From assembly GCA_043228905.1 (NCBI GenBank), contig JBHGNT010000002.1:6076001-6140000 (forward strand): a DNA stretch of 64,000 bases, given 5' to 3'. Shown here piece after piece: positions 50,461 to 63,441 of the stretch. Position numbers and translations under genes: made by a program. The notes below the pieces were generated by a model, which worked only from the letters and a program-made list of their open reading frames with translations, had not been told where the DNA came from and ran no database searches. Source of the stretch: Azolla caroliniana (lineage: Eukaryota > Plantae > Polypodiophyta). The stretch's first letter is position 1, and each line of letters begins with the position of its first letter.

Positions 50461-52500
50461 TTAAAAATCCATTCTCACTTGGGACAAGAGTTCCCTCTTG
50501 TTCCTTTCGTGATTTGCCGGCACCGTTAGGAATTGGACGGATTTCCCTCCGTTTTGGCTCCGAATTCGCGCAAAAGCCGCACCACTATCGAGCACCTTCG
50601 TCTCCATCCGTGAAGCCGTGATAAAGGGTTGGCCGAGGATGACAGAATGTGAAACCTCATCCTGCACAAAGAAATTTTGGTCAATTTCGACATCCCCGAT
50701 CTTTACCGTCACATCCGGACAAGCCGCAAATAGGTCTTCTGTCGTTTTCGTGGCTGCCCGAATCTTCCATCCATGGTTGGTGTTTATAGGCCACTTCCCC
50801 TTTCGGTAGAACTCCTTGGACATCAAGTTGATCTCCGATCCGTGATCAATCAATGCTAGCACGGGTTCTTTGATGTTGCCGATTCGGACCGGAGTCTCCG
50901 TAGTCGCACGTGCCCAGTGTGGCCTTGTATAGTGGGAGTTCGGAATTTCGCCTTCCACTTCGGTGTCGTTCATTGAAACGGTATTTGCATTCACCCTTGG
51001 AGCATTTTCCTCCGTACTTTGTCTCTTCCTTTTCACGAGATCCACGAGAAGATCGTGAAACTCCTTCTTCGCTATTCCGAGTAGTTCCCGCAGCGAAAAA
51101 TCTACCCGGCTATCCAAGATTCTCTCCTCAAACACTCTTTTCAAGTCGGTTTGTTGTTCTATGTCCGAGGCGAGCTTGAATGCCGGAGTCGCCTTTTCTT
51201 TTCCCTTACCTCCGGAGTTCCAGCTTTCCGGTATCTTCGATGGTCCGGCCGCATCCTCCGTGCGCCGTCGTTTCTCGTCCACATACACCTCATGTAATTG
51301 ACACAGGGCGTATATGCTATTCTTGTCGACAGGGCACTCCCTTCCCGTACCTTCCCGGACGCCTTCCGCGGTGTTTCGGATATCGTTGGAGTCGGTTTTC
51401 TCGGTGTTTCCTAGCACCTCCGGCCAGAAAGACGCCTTCACTCCCGATGACTCCCCGACACATATTCCCGCGGTTGTCGCATAGTTGCTTCTTGCCGCTA
51501 ACTCCTCCTCGAGCACCTTCTTCATGCCGCCTTTCCGGAAGTTCGGTCGGAGTGGCTTCCGAGAGTCCATCGAATGAATCCGGTTTCCCTCGTAGTAGAT
51601 GAGATCCCGTCGTAGCGCCTCCTTATGGTCGTCGCAATCCCTCCGATCGTGTTCGGCGCTATCGCACCATATGCACCGTCGATCCGTATATTTGGAGCTT
51701 GTGGGGCGGTCATCCGACTTCTTCACCATCGCGATCTTTAGATTCTCCATCTCCTTCAGCAGCTGCTCCACCTTAGACGCGTCGACTCCCTTCTCGGCCG
51801 TAATCTCCCGAGCCCTCGGTTGATGGTCTTCCAGTCCCGTTCTCGGTTTCGGAATCGGTTCCGAAACCCTCTTTTCTTCGTTGGCAAGCCATTGCCCCCT
51901 CTTCGTGTACCGCGCGACGATATCCCGCACGCTTTCCCATGTTTCGGTGAGGCCGCTTTCGGTGGTCGTGTCCTCAAGAAGCACTCCGAGATCTTTCCGG
52001 TCCCGGACGTCCACAGCTCGCAAAAACATGATGACTTTGTCCGGTGCAAGAATAGTTTGATCTCTCGCGGACAACCTCCCGAACCGACTTTCGAATGTCG
52101 AAAACACTTCGAGGACCTTCAGCCCCTTACCTGACGTTTCCACCCAATCCTCGAATCCCCTCCGCGTTGCCTTGGAGGAGTCCTCGATGGCAAACGTGGT
52201 CTTTAACGCCTCTTCGAATGCTTCCCACGTCGGATTTTGTTGTTGCAACCCGTGGATACTCCCTTGAAGCCCGTCGGTCGCCACTCGGTTAAAGGATGTC
52301 ACTTGCAGTCCTTCCGAAGCCCGACACCGGAGCATCTCCGCCTTGTAGTCCTACAAATATCGCGACACATCCTTACCATTAAATTGCCCGTTGCGTTGCA
52401 CGAGCCGCTCTACTGATGCCGAAATCTCCGACATCGTGCGTTGTTCTTGAAGCATCCGTTCGAACATCGCCATCATATTGTTAGCTTGTTGAGCCTCCAT
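50461..52500 (-). pseudogene. Gag-aspartic protease ORF of family W (one in-frame stop at ~52351)
   Basis: CIWCDSAEHDRRDC zinc knuckle; ALIDHGSEIN and VILGQPF protease motifs. Confidence 0.85.
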
Positions 52501-53318
52501 CTCCTTGCCACCCGTCTTCACGTCGGGTTCACCAACTGTGTCGTGCCTTTCGGCTCCGGATCGTTGCGTGAGTCGGGTGGGAACCACAGAGGTCTTGGAC
52601 TAGGAGAAAGAAGTTCGTGAGATAGAGATTAATTATGAGTAAATAGCAAAGAGAAAGATAAGAAACTCGTGAATCACACGAGTATACTATATTAATTGGT
52701 ACTTAGGGTCTTAAGAGAGAAGTAGATGTATAAATCGTGAATCCCACGAATAATTTTTGTATTGATTAATACTTAATCCAAATAATCAACAACAACTACA
52801 ATGTGCTCCCCATCCTTATATAGTGATGGGAGAGACTAAGCATAGCTACATGCTTTTTCTCATATGTTCATGCACACTAAATGTGCATGTGATGCTTTTT
52901 TATTTCCTAAGTATAGGGCTCATGCACGCTAGATGTGCATGAGTTATTTTTAGTGTCTCGTGTTTTTTCTTTTTCATATATTAAAAAAAATACACGATTT
53001 ACCTTTTAATAAAGGTATGCATAAATAAAGGTCTTATACATATTAAATCTATGTTTAAAACACTTAAGATAATTTAATGTAATGGTAAGGTTGGGGTTTG
53101 TCAACGTGGAGGTGCAGAGTTCGAATCACGCCTTGCGCAGTAGTGAGTATTTCCTTTATTTTTACATTTATGTCTCTTTATCCGGCTCTTCCTTGCCGGT
53201 ATGCCGTTTTCTTCCTTGCCGGTATGCCGTTTTCTTCCGGTTCTCACCGAGCACTCCATTCTCTATCCGGAGGGACAAAAATATAATTTCCACATAGTGT
53301 GCAACCTACACTACGACA

Positions 53319-54657
53319 GCGTTCCGATTCGGTAAGGAGCGCTTTGGAGTCGAAGCTCGTATCCTTATCTTTCCGACGCGCCTCCTCATCTAGCAAGCTC
53401 GACTTCACTCTTGCTAGGGATAACCGTTTCCCTTCCGGCCCGGCGTTGCCCAAGGTGACAACAAACGTCTCCCAGCTATCTGGGAGGGAACCGAGCAGGA
53501 GTAGTGCTAGTACCTCATCGGCAAGGGGTACTTCCAATGATGTTGCCTGGTGGATCAGCCCCTGGAAGGCATTCATGTGCTCCGCCATGCTGGAGCCATC
53601 TTGGTACCGGAGTCTTACTAGATTCCGGATTACCGAAACCTGATCGACAAAATTTTTGTTCTGAAACATAATGCGGATCTTCTCCCAGAGCTCATGAGCC
53701 TTGCTCTCTTCATTGAAGTTGTTGTATAGACTCATGTCAATGAAACACCATATGTAAGCCGTTGTCTTCATCTGCATCACCTCCCATATCGCAACGTCGA
53801 TTTTTGTCCGATCTCTTGTCCCCAAACTGAACCGGCAGCCAAAGATCTTTAACCACGAGCATGTCCCTCATCTTCGACTTCCACACCGAATAGTTGGAGC
53901 CGGTGAGCTTGAACATGCCTCCCAACGAATCGTCCATATTTCTGTGTCGCCTCACTCTGATACCACTTTGACAGGAACTACATGCTCCCGATGAACAACG
54001 CTCGGCCACAACTGAGCTTAGGATCAAACACAGAAAGAAAACGGGGAATGAATGCACGACAAAATAGAGAGAAGAGTACACATGATGTTTATGTGGAAAA
54101 CCCAAACACGGGAAAAACCACGACAGTCCATTGACTGCTAACTATCACTATGTAACAATATACAACAGTGAGCTCACGGAGGCAACGACCTCGTGCTCAC
54201 AATCTTCGCCACAAGCAGCGGTTACAACAAAGGCAACGTCCTCTTCGTCTCTTTCCCTCTCTCTCTCTCTCTCTGTACACTGTTGCGCTCTAATCCTTCG
54301 CCAACAAGAATGACAACACACAACATAAGTTTGCCCTAAGTCATATTTATACTAATATGACTTTTTGGCTATTTACAAATATAGCCCCAAAGGACTCTCA
54401 GAAACATATTCACGAATATGTCCCTTCATCCGGTGAGCAGTCCTCATCGGGCCTACATCATCCGGATCTTGCCAGGTACTCGTCATCCGGTTCTCACCGG
54501 GTCTTCCGTAGCCAAGTACGCCTCGTCCGGTTCTCACCGGGCCTTCACCATCCGGCTCTTGCCGGGGACTCGTCATCCGGTTCTCACCGGGTCTTCCATA
54601 GCCGGGTACGCCTCGTCCGGTTCTCACTTCCCATCCGGAGGGACCTATTTCCTAACA
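53319..54657 (-). mobile_element. Family T copia 5' end (LTR 53969-54657, PBS, gag start)
   Basis: PBS TGGTATCAGAG ending at 53965; MDDSLGGMFKLTGSNYSVWK; LTR homologous to 42370-43055. Confidence 0.9.
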
Positions 54658-55779
54658 TGAGGGAGGGTTTTCTCTCGGCAAGATTGTCATTCGTAATTGA
54701 TAGAATCGTTGTGCAAGGCCGCCCAAACATCCTTGAACCATCTCTCGTCTTCATCAACATTTATTTTGAAGGAGCCAAGTGAGTTGCAAATGCTCTTAAT
54801 CTTGGCGGTGTAATCCGACACGGACATGTCTCTTTGCCGAATGTTGTTCAACTGTTATCGGAGTTGAAGCTTTCGGACGGTCGTGTTGGCGGCGAACATT
54901 TTCTTTAAGTTCTCCCACGCCTCTTTGGGCGTCTTGGCATCTCGAATGTGGCTAAGCATGTGGTCATGGACACATGTTGCCAAGCAATACATGATTCGAC
55001 TCGCCGCTTGCTTCCATGTTGCGTAGTCGGCGTTCTTTGAGTCGGGTCGATTTTCTTGAGTGTCGTTGATGTAGCTCCAATACCCTTGTCCGACGAGGTA
55101 TTGGGTCATCTTGTACTCCCAAGATGAATAATTGCTACGGTCTAGCTTTTCACTAGGGAGCGAGTTACCCATTTGTGTGTTCGTGTTGATTAGGGTCTTC
55201 TCTTCTTTTGCTTTTCTTCCTTCAATCACGTACACGTGCTACGTAGCGGCACTACGGTAGCGGATTGCTGGAATTTGTCGTCGGCATTTCGAACACACCA
55301 TTATGAAGAGGCAGATGAGCTTAGTGGATGTGCTAAACCACACGCTCTGATACCATGTTAATAATTAGGTAATTAATTATGGGTTAATTAGTACCTAATT
55401 ATGTGATTAAGTTAAGCAGAAGATTATGTTATATGTGTGTGTATGTATGTGAGAGGAAGAGAGAGAGAGAGAGATACACTTATGAACAACACAAGATGGG
55501 GGATGAGTAACTATGTTAAATTAGCATTATCATCATCATCATCAAATACAAAAATACCTACAATGAGGTATATATAGATTTCATGTGCAAGGGTGCACAT
55601 GTGTGACGATAATATAGGTACAAAAGTGTAAGTCCTATATTAAATGTACTTAGGAGTGGAGGATCTAGAATATCCCACTTAAGTACAAGGTCCTATTTAA
55701 GGCGTGATTCTATCTAGGTAACTACGAAATTACATGGTTGACTAAATAACTAACTCTAGTTGAGCTTGATCTCTCAACA
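54658..55779 (-). mobile_element. Family B-like copia 5' end (LTR 55356-55779, PBS, gag start)
   Basis: PBS 55344-55355; EKLDRSNYSSWEYKM; LTR starts TGTTGAGAGATCAAGCTCAAC (minus strand). Confidence 0.85.
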
Positions 55780-57537
55780 CTTCTTCAGCACTTAGATCTT
55801 CATATGGTCCCCTCCGACAATCAACATGTCATCCACGTACAACAGGAGGATGAGGAAATCTCCTCCGTAGAATTTCTTCACAAATACGCAATTATCGGCT
55901 TGCGTTTTGTGGTACCCGTTGTCAGTCATGAAGTATTTGAATTTCCGGTACCATTGCCAAGGTGCTTGCTTCAGCCCATAGATGTTCTTCCTTAATCAAC
56001 ACACCAGGTTCTCTCTACCTTTCTCCATAAATCCTTCCGGCTGGTGCATATACATCTCCTCTTCGAGATCACCATACAAAAACGTCGTTTTCACATCCAG
56101 TTGTTTACTTCGAGATCCATGCTGGCCTCGATGCTCAACACAGTTTGGATGTACGTCATCTTTACAACCGGGGAAAATATTTCGTCGAAATTGACACCCT
56201 TCTTCTGCTCAAAGCCTTTCACGACGATTCGTGATTTGAACCTAGGTGGATTCCCGCCATCTCCTAGTTTCCACTTGTATACCCATTTATTCTGAAGTGC
56301 CTTCTTTCCTCTCGGAAATTCGGCCAGTCTATATGTGTGGTTCTCATGCAAGGTATCCAGATCCTCTTGCATGGCACTCAGCCACTTTCGGTTATGGGTA
56401 TCTTCCTTAGCTTCATCAAAAGCTTTACGGCTCCCCCTCATCGGTTAGCAGTACATGCTCTTCATCCGGAAATCTTGGGGGGGGGGGGACTCTTTTCTCT
56501 TAGGGGGTATCTTCGGCCTCCATTCGGCACGGTTGATTCTTCTTTGACTTCTTAGGCTGAGTCAAATTCGGTTCCTTGTTCAGCCCTTTCCCCTCATTCT
56601 CCAGTCAGTTCTCTATTTTGCCAAGTATAAAATTTTCGGACTGCCTCGGACGAATCGGCTTCTACTCGATACGGCCGAGTGTCGACTTAGTTCGATTTGG
56701 TAGTTGGAAACTTATTCTCAATCTCATAGTCTACTATTGTCTTTTCCTCCATGAAGACAATGTCGTGGGCCCTAATCACTTTCTTCTCAGTTAAGTCCCA
56801 TAACCGATAGTCAAATTCATCATTACCATAGCCGCGAAATATACCTGACTGAGATTTCGGGTTTAATTTTCCCCTTTGGTCTTTTGCAATATGCACATAA
56901 GCAAGACAACTGAACACCCTCAGCTATCGGTACGAAATGTCTTTGCCGCTCCACACCCTTTGTGGGATATCATCATCCAATTGTACTGAGGGTGATCCGT
57001 TTATTACGTACGTTGCCGTCATCAGTGCGTCAGCCCAAAACGCCTTCGGTAACTTAGCATGTGCAAACATACTTCGAACCCTTTCCATTACAGTCCGGTT
57101 CATTCTCTCAGCCAACCCATTAAGCTCTGGCGTCTTTGGCACGATATACTCAAGCCAGATTCCTTGATTTAGGCAAATATTCCTCGAATGGTCCACAGTA
57201 CTCTCTGCCATTGTCTGCTCAGACTACCTTCAGTTTTTGGCCGGTTTCTCTCTCGACCCTCACTTGACCTCTTTGAAGATGGATAACACTCTATCCTTCG
57301 TCTTCAGCACGGAAGCCCACAACTTCCGGCCATAGTCATCAATGAAGGTCACGAAATACTGTGAACCACCATGCGACTCTGTGTCCACATAACATACGTC
57401 CGTATGCACGAGTTCCATCGGCATTTTCTTCCTCATTGGGCGCCTAGATGGGAAGAATCTTCGATTCTACTTGCCAGCCAAGCAATCAGTGCACTTCTCA
57501 AGTTGCACGTTCTTCACCTCCGGAATAAGGTTGTCCT
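55780..57537 (-). pseudogene. Family T-like integrase-RT fragment
   Basis: TPELNGLAERMNRT, KGVNFDEIFSPVVKMT. Confidence 0.8.
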
Positions 57538-57968
57538 TGTCATGATATGGCAAGACTCGAACCCATGACCTTATGTTACATGGCTCGAGCTTTTACCATT
57601 AATCTATGTCTTGTAATATGAAGAATGTTATTTTCATTTAAGTTTTACTATAGAAAATTAATGTATATTCCAGATTTCTCGGGAACATTCTAGAAACTTA
57701 AGGAGTACTCTTGAGAACACTATAAAAGGAGGCACAAGGCATTATTTCGAACCAAATCAGTTCAACACTAGTCTTTAGCCTCCTAGCCTTCCTTGTATAT
57801 TCTTCTCACATAATATACATTGTCATCATCATTTTCTCTCTCTCGATATCTCTCGCTCCCACTCTCTCTCTCTCCTTCTCTCGAGTGTTGTACACCCTCT
57901 ATCCCTCTTAGTACTAATATTCCTCTCTTAGTACTAATATCTTCTCTGTTTCAGTACTATTCCTGACA
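57538..57968 (+). mobile_element. LTR without matching TSD (recombinant solo LTR, family unknown)
   Basis: TGTCA...TGACA ends, CTATAAAAG ~57720, CT-rich 3' part; the two flanks belong to different copia families. Confidence 0.7.
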
Positions 57969-60900
57969 GTTTGAACCGATTCTGGTCTCCTCCTTTCCTC
58001 CTCTTCCTTTTTTCTTCTTACGTCTCCCTCCCTTCATACTAATCTCTTATTCCTCTTTCATCTCATCCTATGGCCACTGTGAGCTACTTCGGTTGATGTC
58101 CGCTTCGGTTTTTGCTTGTACTCCCCCTCAAGCTTGGCAAGTCAAGGACCGTCAACCCAAGGTCTGATAGGAATTGCTGAAGCTTGTTGGCTCCTAGGGT
58201 TTTGGTGAAGATGTCGGCTATCTGAACATTCGTAGACATATGTTGAAGGTTGACATTGCCAGCCTGAACACGCTCTCGAATGAAGTGATAGTGCACTTCG
58301 ATATGCTTCGTGCATGCGTGGAACATCGGGTTCCGAGCCAAATAAATACTGCTCATGTTGTTGCAGTAAAGGAGAATCAGATCTTTGATGGGAACACCCA
58401 GATCCTTTAATATCCTCTTGGGCCATACGGCTTTACATGCAACCACCGCCACACCCCTATATTCGACCTCTGTGCTCGAAAGAGCGATGGTTGGTTGCTT
58501 CTTGCTACTCCAGGAGATGGCTCCACTTCCGAGGGAGAAGACAAAACTAGAGGTTGATCGTTGGTCGGCTTTGTAGCCTGCCCAGTCGGCATCTGTGTAC
58601 CCCTCGAGTTGAATTGGCGTGGCTGACTTATAGAGAATGCCATAGTCCCTCGTTCCGCTCACGTATCATAGCACTCTCTTAGCACAATCCAAATGGATAT
58701 CTCGTGGCGTTTGCATAAACCGGATAGCTCAGGTCTGGTTGAGTGATCGCGAGGTAGATAAGACTACCGATCAGTTGTCGATATTGAGTCAGCTCACATT
58801 CTGTGGTGCTAGAATTGGCATCTAATTTGAGGTTTCGGTCGAGAGGTGTTGCCATAGACTTGCACTCAGTCATCCCGAACTTGTATAACAAGTTGAGAAT
58901 GTAGTGTCGTTGGGAGATCATAATCCCGGCTGGAGTCCGAATTACCTCGATGGCAAGGAAGTAGTGGAGCTCTTTTATGTCCGTCATCTCGAATTTGTTG
59001 GAAAGTAGGGATTTGACCTTGTTTATATCGACTAGATGCTCACCTCTAATGACCAGATCAACCACGTACAAGATGATGACGATCAGACTTTCGGAATCGC
59101 TTCTTACATAGAGAGAATTGTTGGATTTTGACATTCGATGAAGATATTGTGTTATCTTTGAGTGCCAAGCACGTGGTGCTTGCTTAAGGCCGTAGAGAGG
59201 CTTCTTGAGTCAGCAGATGGCTTTTGGATGAATGTTGGATTCGAAGTTGGGTGGTTGTACCATGTACACCTCCTCTTCTAATTCTCCTCGAAGAAAAGCG
59301 TTCTTGACATACATCTGGTGGAGGTGGCACCCTTTCGCTGTTGCAAGCGCTATCACGGTTCGCGTAGTTGTCATCTTTGCCACCGGGGCAAAGGTCACTT
59401 CATAGTCAACGCCCTGTGTTTGTGCATAGCCCTTTGCTATGAATCGAGCTTTGTAGCGGTTGACGGAATTGTCGGCATTATACTTCACTTTGTATATCCA
59501 TCTGCAGCCGATTGCCTTCTTGTGCGGTGAGTGAGGGACCAGATCCCATGTCTCATTCTTGCTGAGAGCTTGCATCTCCTTGTTCCTTGCTTCGACCCAT
59601 CGAGGATCTTTAGCGGCTTCGGCAAAGCTCTCCGGTTCTCGAGTTGCTGCCACCTTCATCATAAAGGCATAGTGGTATGCCATATAGTCGTTGTAGCCAA
59701 ATCGGCTAACCGGATTCTTCTCTCGGGTGGAGTGACGGAGTTTCTCAATTGCCGATGTGAGTGTTGTCTCAACTCCGGGTGACCTCATAAGAGGCACATC
59801 AAAGCCATCGAACTCACTATCGAGTGAATGAGTCGATTCGTTGCCATCGAAGTGATTGTCTTCATATTCCGGCATTTTGGCCTTCCCTTTGTCCATCTTT
59901 GGACTTGGCCGAGATGAGCTTTGGTTGCTCGGAGGCTCTTGTGGTCCGCTCTATCTAGTTGAGATCGGACTCTCTTCGAGTATTGACCTTTGTTGCTCAT
60001 CGTCTTCTGTGTTGTCGAGGTCATTCATAGATGGTTTGGGAGGAGTTGGCTCGAGTTTCTACCATGATATTGATTCGTCAAAGACAACATCCTGACTTAC
60101 ACGAGTCTTCCGAGTAGAGGGGTTGAAGCACTTGTACCCCTTTTGCTCCTATGAGTACCCCACGAGGATGCACTTCTCTGATTTTGGGTCAAGCTTCTAC
60201 CGCTTCTCATCGGGAATGTGCACGTATGCAATGGAGTCGAATATCCTTACATGGGATAGATCCGGATTGTTCCCATAGTATTTCTCGTGTGGGGTGACCT
60301 CGTGCACTCTGTATGTTGTGCACCGGTTCATGAGGTAGACGGTGGTATTTGCAGCTTCTACCCAATATGACTTGGGCATATGCTTCTCATTTAGCATGGT
60401 CCTTGCTACTTCGAGGATGTGAATTCTCGCCGAATTCCTTCTTGTCGAAGGTATGCCGTGAACGCATCAGAGAAGTATTTGTTAGGAAATAGGTCCCTCC
60501 AGATGGGAAGTGAGAAGAACAGTACTGATGATGAGTACCCGGCTACGGAGAGCCGGATGGTGCAGACCCGGTGAGAACCGGATGAGGAGTATCCGGCAAG
60601 CGTCGGATGATGTAGGCCCGGTGAGGAGTGCTCACCGGATGAAGAGACATATTTGTAAATATGTTTTCTGAGAGTCCATCGTGGCTATATTTGTAAATAG
60701 CCGAAAAGTCATATTAGTATAAATATGACTTAGGGCAAACTTATGAATATATAGTTGTTGTCATTCTTGTTGGCGCAAGATTAGAGCACGCAACTGTGTA
60801 CAGAGAGAGTGAGAGAGAGGAAGAGGTCATTGCCTCTGATTGTAACCGCCGCCTGTGGCGAAGATAACAAGCTCGAAGTCATGGCCTCGGTGCCTTCTTA

Positions 60901-63441
60901 TTGTACATTCTGACATAGTGATAGTTTGCGGTCTGTGGGCTGCCGTGGTTTTTCCCCAAGTTTGGGTTTTTCCATGTAAACATCCTGTGTACTCTTCTCT
61001 CTATCGTGTTGTGTTTCATTCCCTATTTTTCTGTGTTTTATTCTAGGCTCGGTTGTGGCCGAGCGTTGTTCAAAGGGAGTGTGTAGTCCCTGTCAGTATT
61101 CCTTTCCTCCGTTTGACCGAAGACATCGTACATGATGCCCAGTTGTCTTTTCGACTTCGCTTTTGAATTTTTGGAAGTGTGTAAACACTTCGCTCTTCAT
61201 CCTCATGGGAAAGATCCATGTGTATCTAGAGAAGTCATCGATGAAGGTAACATAGTACTGACATCCTCCAAACGTAGCCGTCTGTTCCAGTCCCCACACA
61301 TCTGAGTGGACTACGTCCAATAGGCCTTTGCTCACGTTCCTCTCCTTCGGGAATGGGTGTCGATGTTGCTTGCTGAATTGGCATGCTTCACATACTCCTT
61401 CAATCTCTTTCTCTTTGAAGGTCGGGAGCCCAATGGAAACTCCTTTCGATTGCATCGCCTTGAGTTTGTTGAGATTGATATGGCCGATTCTTTTATGTCA
61501 TAGCTCTATGTGGGTGTTGTGTTTGAGGCCCATTGCAAACATGGCCGATTTTACCTCGTTCGCTTCGAGGATAAACATTCAGCTTTCCCTACGACCACGA
61601 GCAATTAGTCAGTCTTCCTTCTCGATGAAGCAACCTCCCTGGTTGAATCGAACTTGTATCCCTTGCTCCACAATTTGGCCGACCGAGGCCAAATTATTCA
61701 TTATGGTGGGTACATGTAAGGCATTTTTTATGCAAGTTTGTTCACCTTCTTTCCCGAATGGGACATTGCCGACATGCCGAATCGGATTAGTGGTGTCGTC
61801 TCCGGTTTCGACATAACCGGGTCAATCCAGCTCTCAAAGGTCTTTGAACCATTCTTGATGGGATGTCATATGGTTCGAAGCACCAGAGTCGACGAACCAT
61901 ACATCTTCCGGATTGGAGGCATTAGTCGAAGTAGAGGCCGACATAGGATTTTCTCTATGTCTCATTACAAAAATTCCGCCATGATCTTCATAGTCGGAGT
62001 TGGTGGCGTAATTGGTCAATTGTCGGCTTGTGGAAGCCGACTCGCGCTTCTTCTTTCGGCACTCTTCTTCATGGTGGCCGATTTTTCCGCAATAACCACA
62101 TTCGATCGATTTTTGTCAACTCGAACCGGAATGGAAGCTCCACCTTCTTCCGAAGGTTCCTCAATGGCTTCCGTCTTGTTGCCAAATTTGAGAGTTGTTG
62201 TCGTAAGTCGGACCTCGTCCGCCGCCTCGTCCTTGGCCGAATCGGCCTCTTGCTCGGCCACACCCTCTTCCTCCATTCAAATGCGTGTAGAGCATGTGGC
62301 CTTCCGAGGTGTTGCTCCTTGTTCGAACATGATTCTCTTCGACCAATAACATAGATTGAAGATCAAAGAAAGAGGGAGGATTCTCCCTTGCTAGAACGGC
62401 GGTTCTCATCGAGCCGAACCGTGGTGCAAGGCCGCCGAAGCATATTTGCACCATCTCATCATCATCCACATTGATGCTTATTGAGCCGAGTGAGTCACAA
62501 AGTTCCTTGATTCTCAAGGTGTAGCTTGTGATGGACATGTCCTGTTGTTAGATGTTGTTCAACTCTTGGCAGAGTTGAAGCTTCCTCGCGGTCGTGTTGG
62601 CCGCGAAACTCTTTCGTAGATTTTCCCACGCTTCCTTCGGCGTCTCGGCTTCTCGAATGTAACCGAGCATGTGGTTGTGAACACATGTCGCCAAGAAATA
62701 CATTACTCGACTCGCCGCTTGCTCCCATGTTATGTAGTCGGCGTCTTCCGGGTCGGGTAAGTTTTCTTGTGCTCCCTTGATGTAACCCCAATAGCCTTGG
62801 CCGACAAGGTATTGATGCATCTTGTACTCCCAAGATGCGAAGTTGTTTCGGTCCAACTTCTCGCTAGGGAGAGTGCTCCCCATTTGAGTATTCATGGTGT
62901 TTGATGGAGATTTCTTCCTTCTTCTTCTCTCTTGAATATGAGCTATGTAGTCGCACTACAATAGTGATGAGCCGGTTCTTCTTGAACGTCGACGTATAGC
63001 TTAATACACGCGGATGGGCTAGATGGAGCTACCAAACCGCTCTGATACAATATAAAGAATCGGGTATGATTCTTGTGTAGTGGAATAGGTGACAGATGTG
63101 CGTTATGTGTGTGTGAGAGAGAGAGCGAGATAGAGGAGAGAAACAATAGATAGATTTTTGTGAGACAATAGAATACTCAAGAAGATGTATATTACAAAGG
63201 AGATTAATCGACCTAATTACAAAGTAGGAGGAGAGTGATTTGTATTGTCACTCTCTCTCTTCATTAACTACCAAAGCTCATGGGTCATGGGAAATGTGAA
63301 AACTCATTAGTTATGTGTCATAGAATATGATTCTATGACACATAGTTAATGTGTAGATAAGAGTGGTGACTTTTGACCTTTGAGTGCACACTCTCAAGGG
63401 TGTGTTCACACACTACACTTGGTTGAGCTTGATTCTCAACA
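57969..63441 (-). mobile_element. Family B-like copia, nearly complete but lacking the 3' LTR
   Basis: 5' LTR 63051-63441; degenerate PBS 63039-63050; gag, WFVDSGAS, HSDVWG, RT and RH (58084-58662). Confidence 0.88.
60480..61095 (+). mobile_element. Solo LTR of family T
   Basis: TGTTAGG...TGTCA; TSD GTATT; inserted antisense into integrase (GGKEY|FS). Confidence 0.93.

Larger units (their letters stand above)
48177..53318 (-). mobile_element. Gypsy family W element lacking RT/RNase H (gag-PR, frameshift, short pol start fused to integrase core)
   Basis: LTRs 52539-53318 (780 bp) and 48177-48978 (802 bp) are nearly identical; tRNA-Trp PBS 52517-52534; PPT GGAGGGGGCGAG; GCGT on both flanks. 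Confidence 0.93.
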
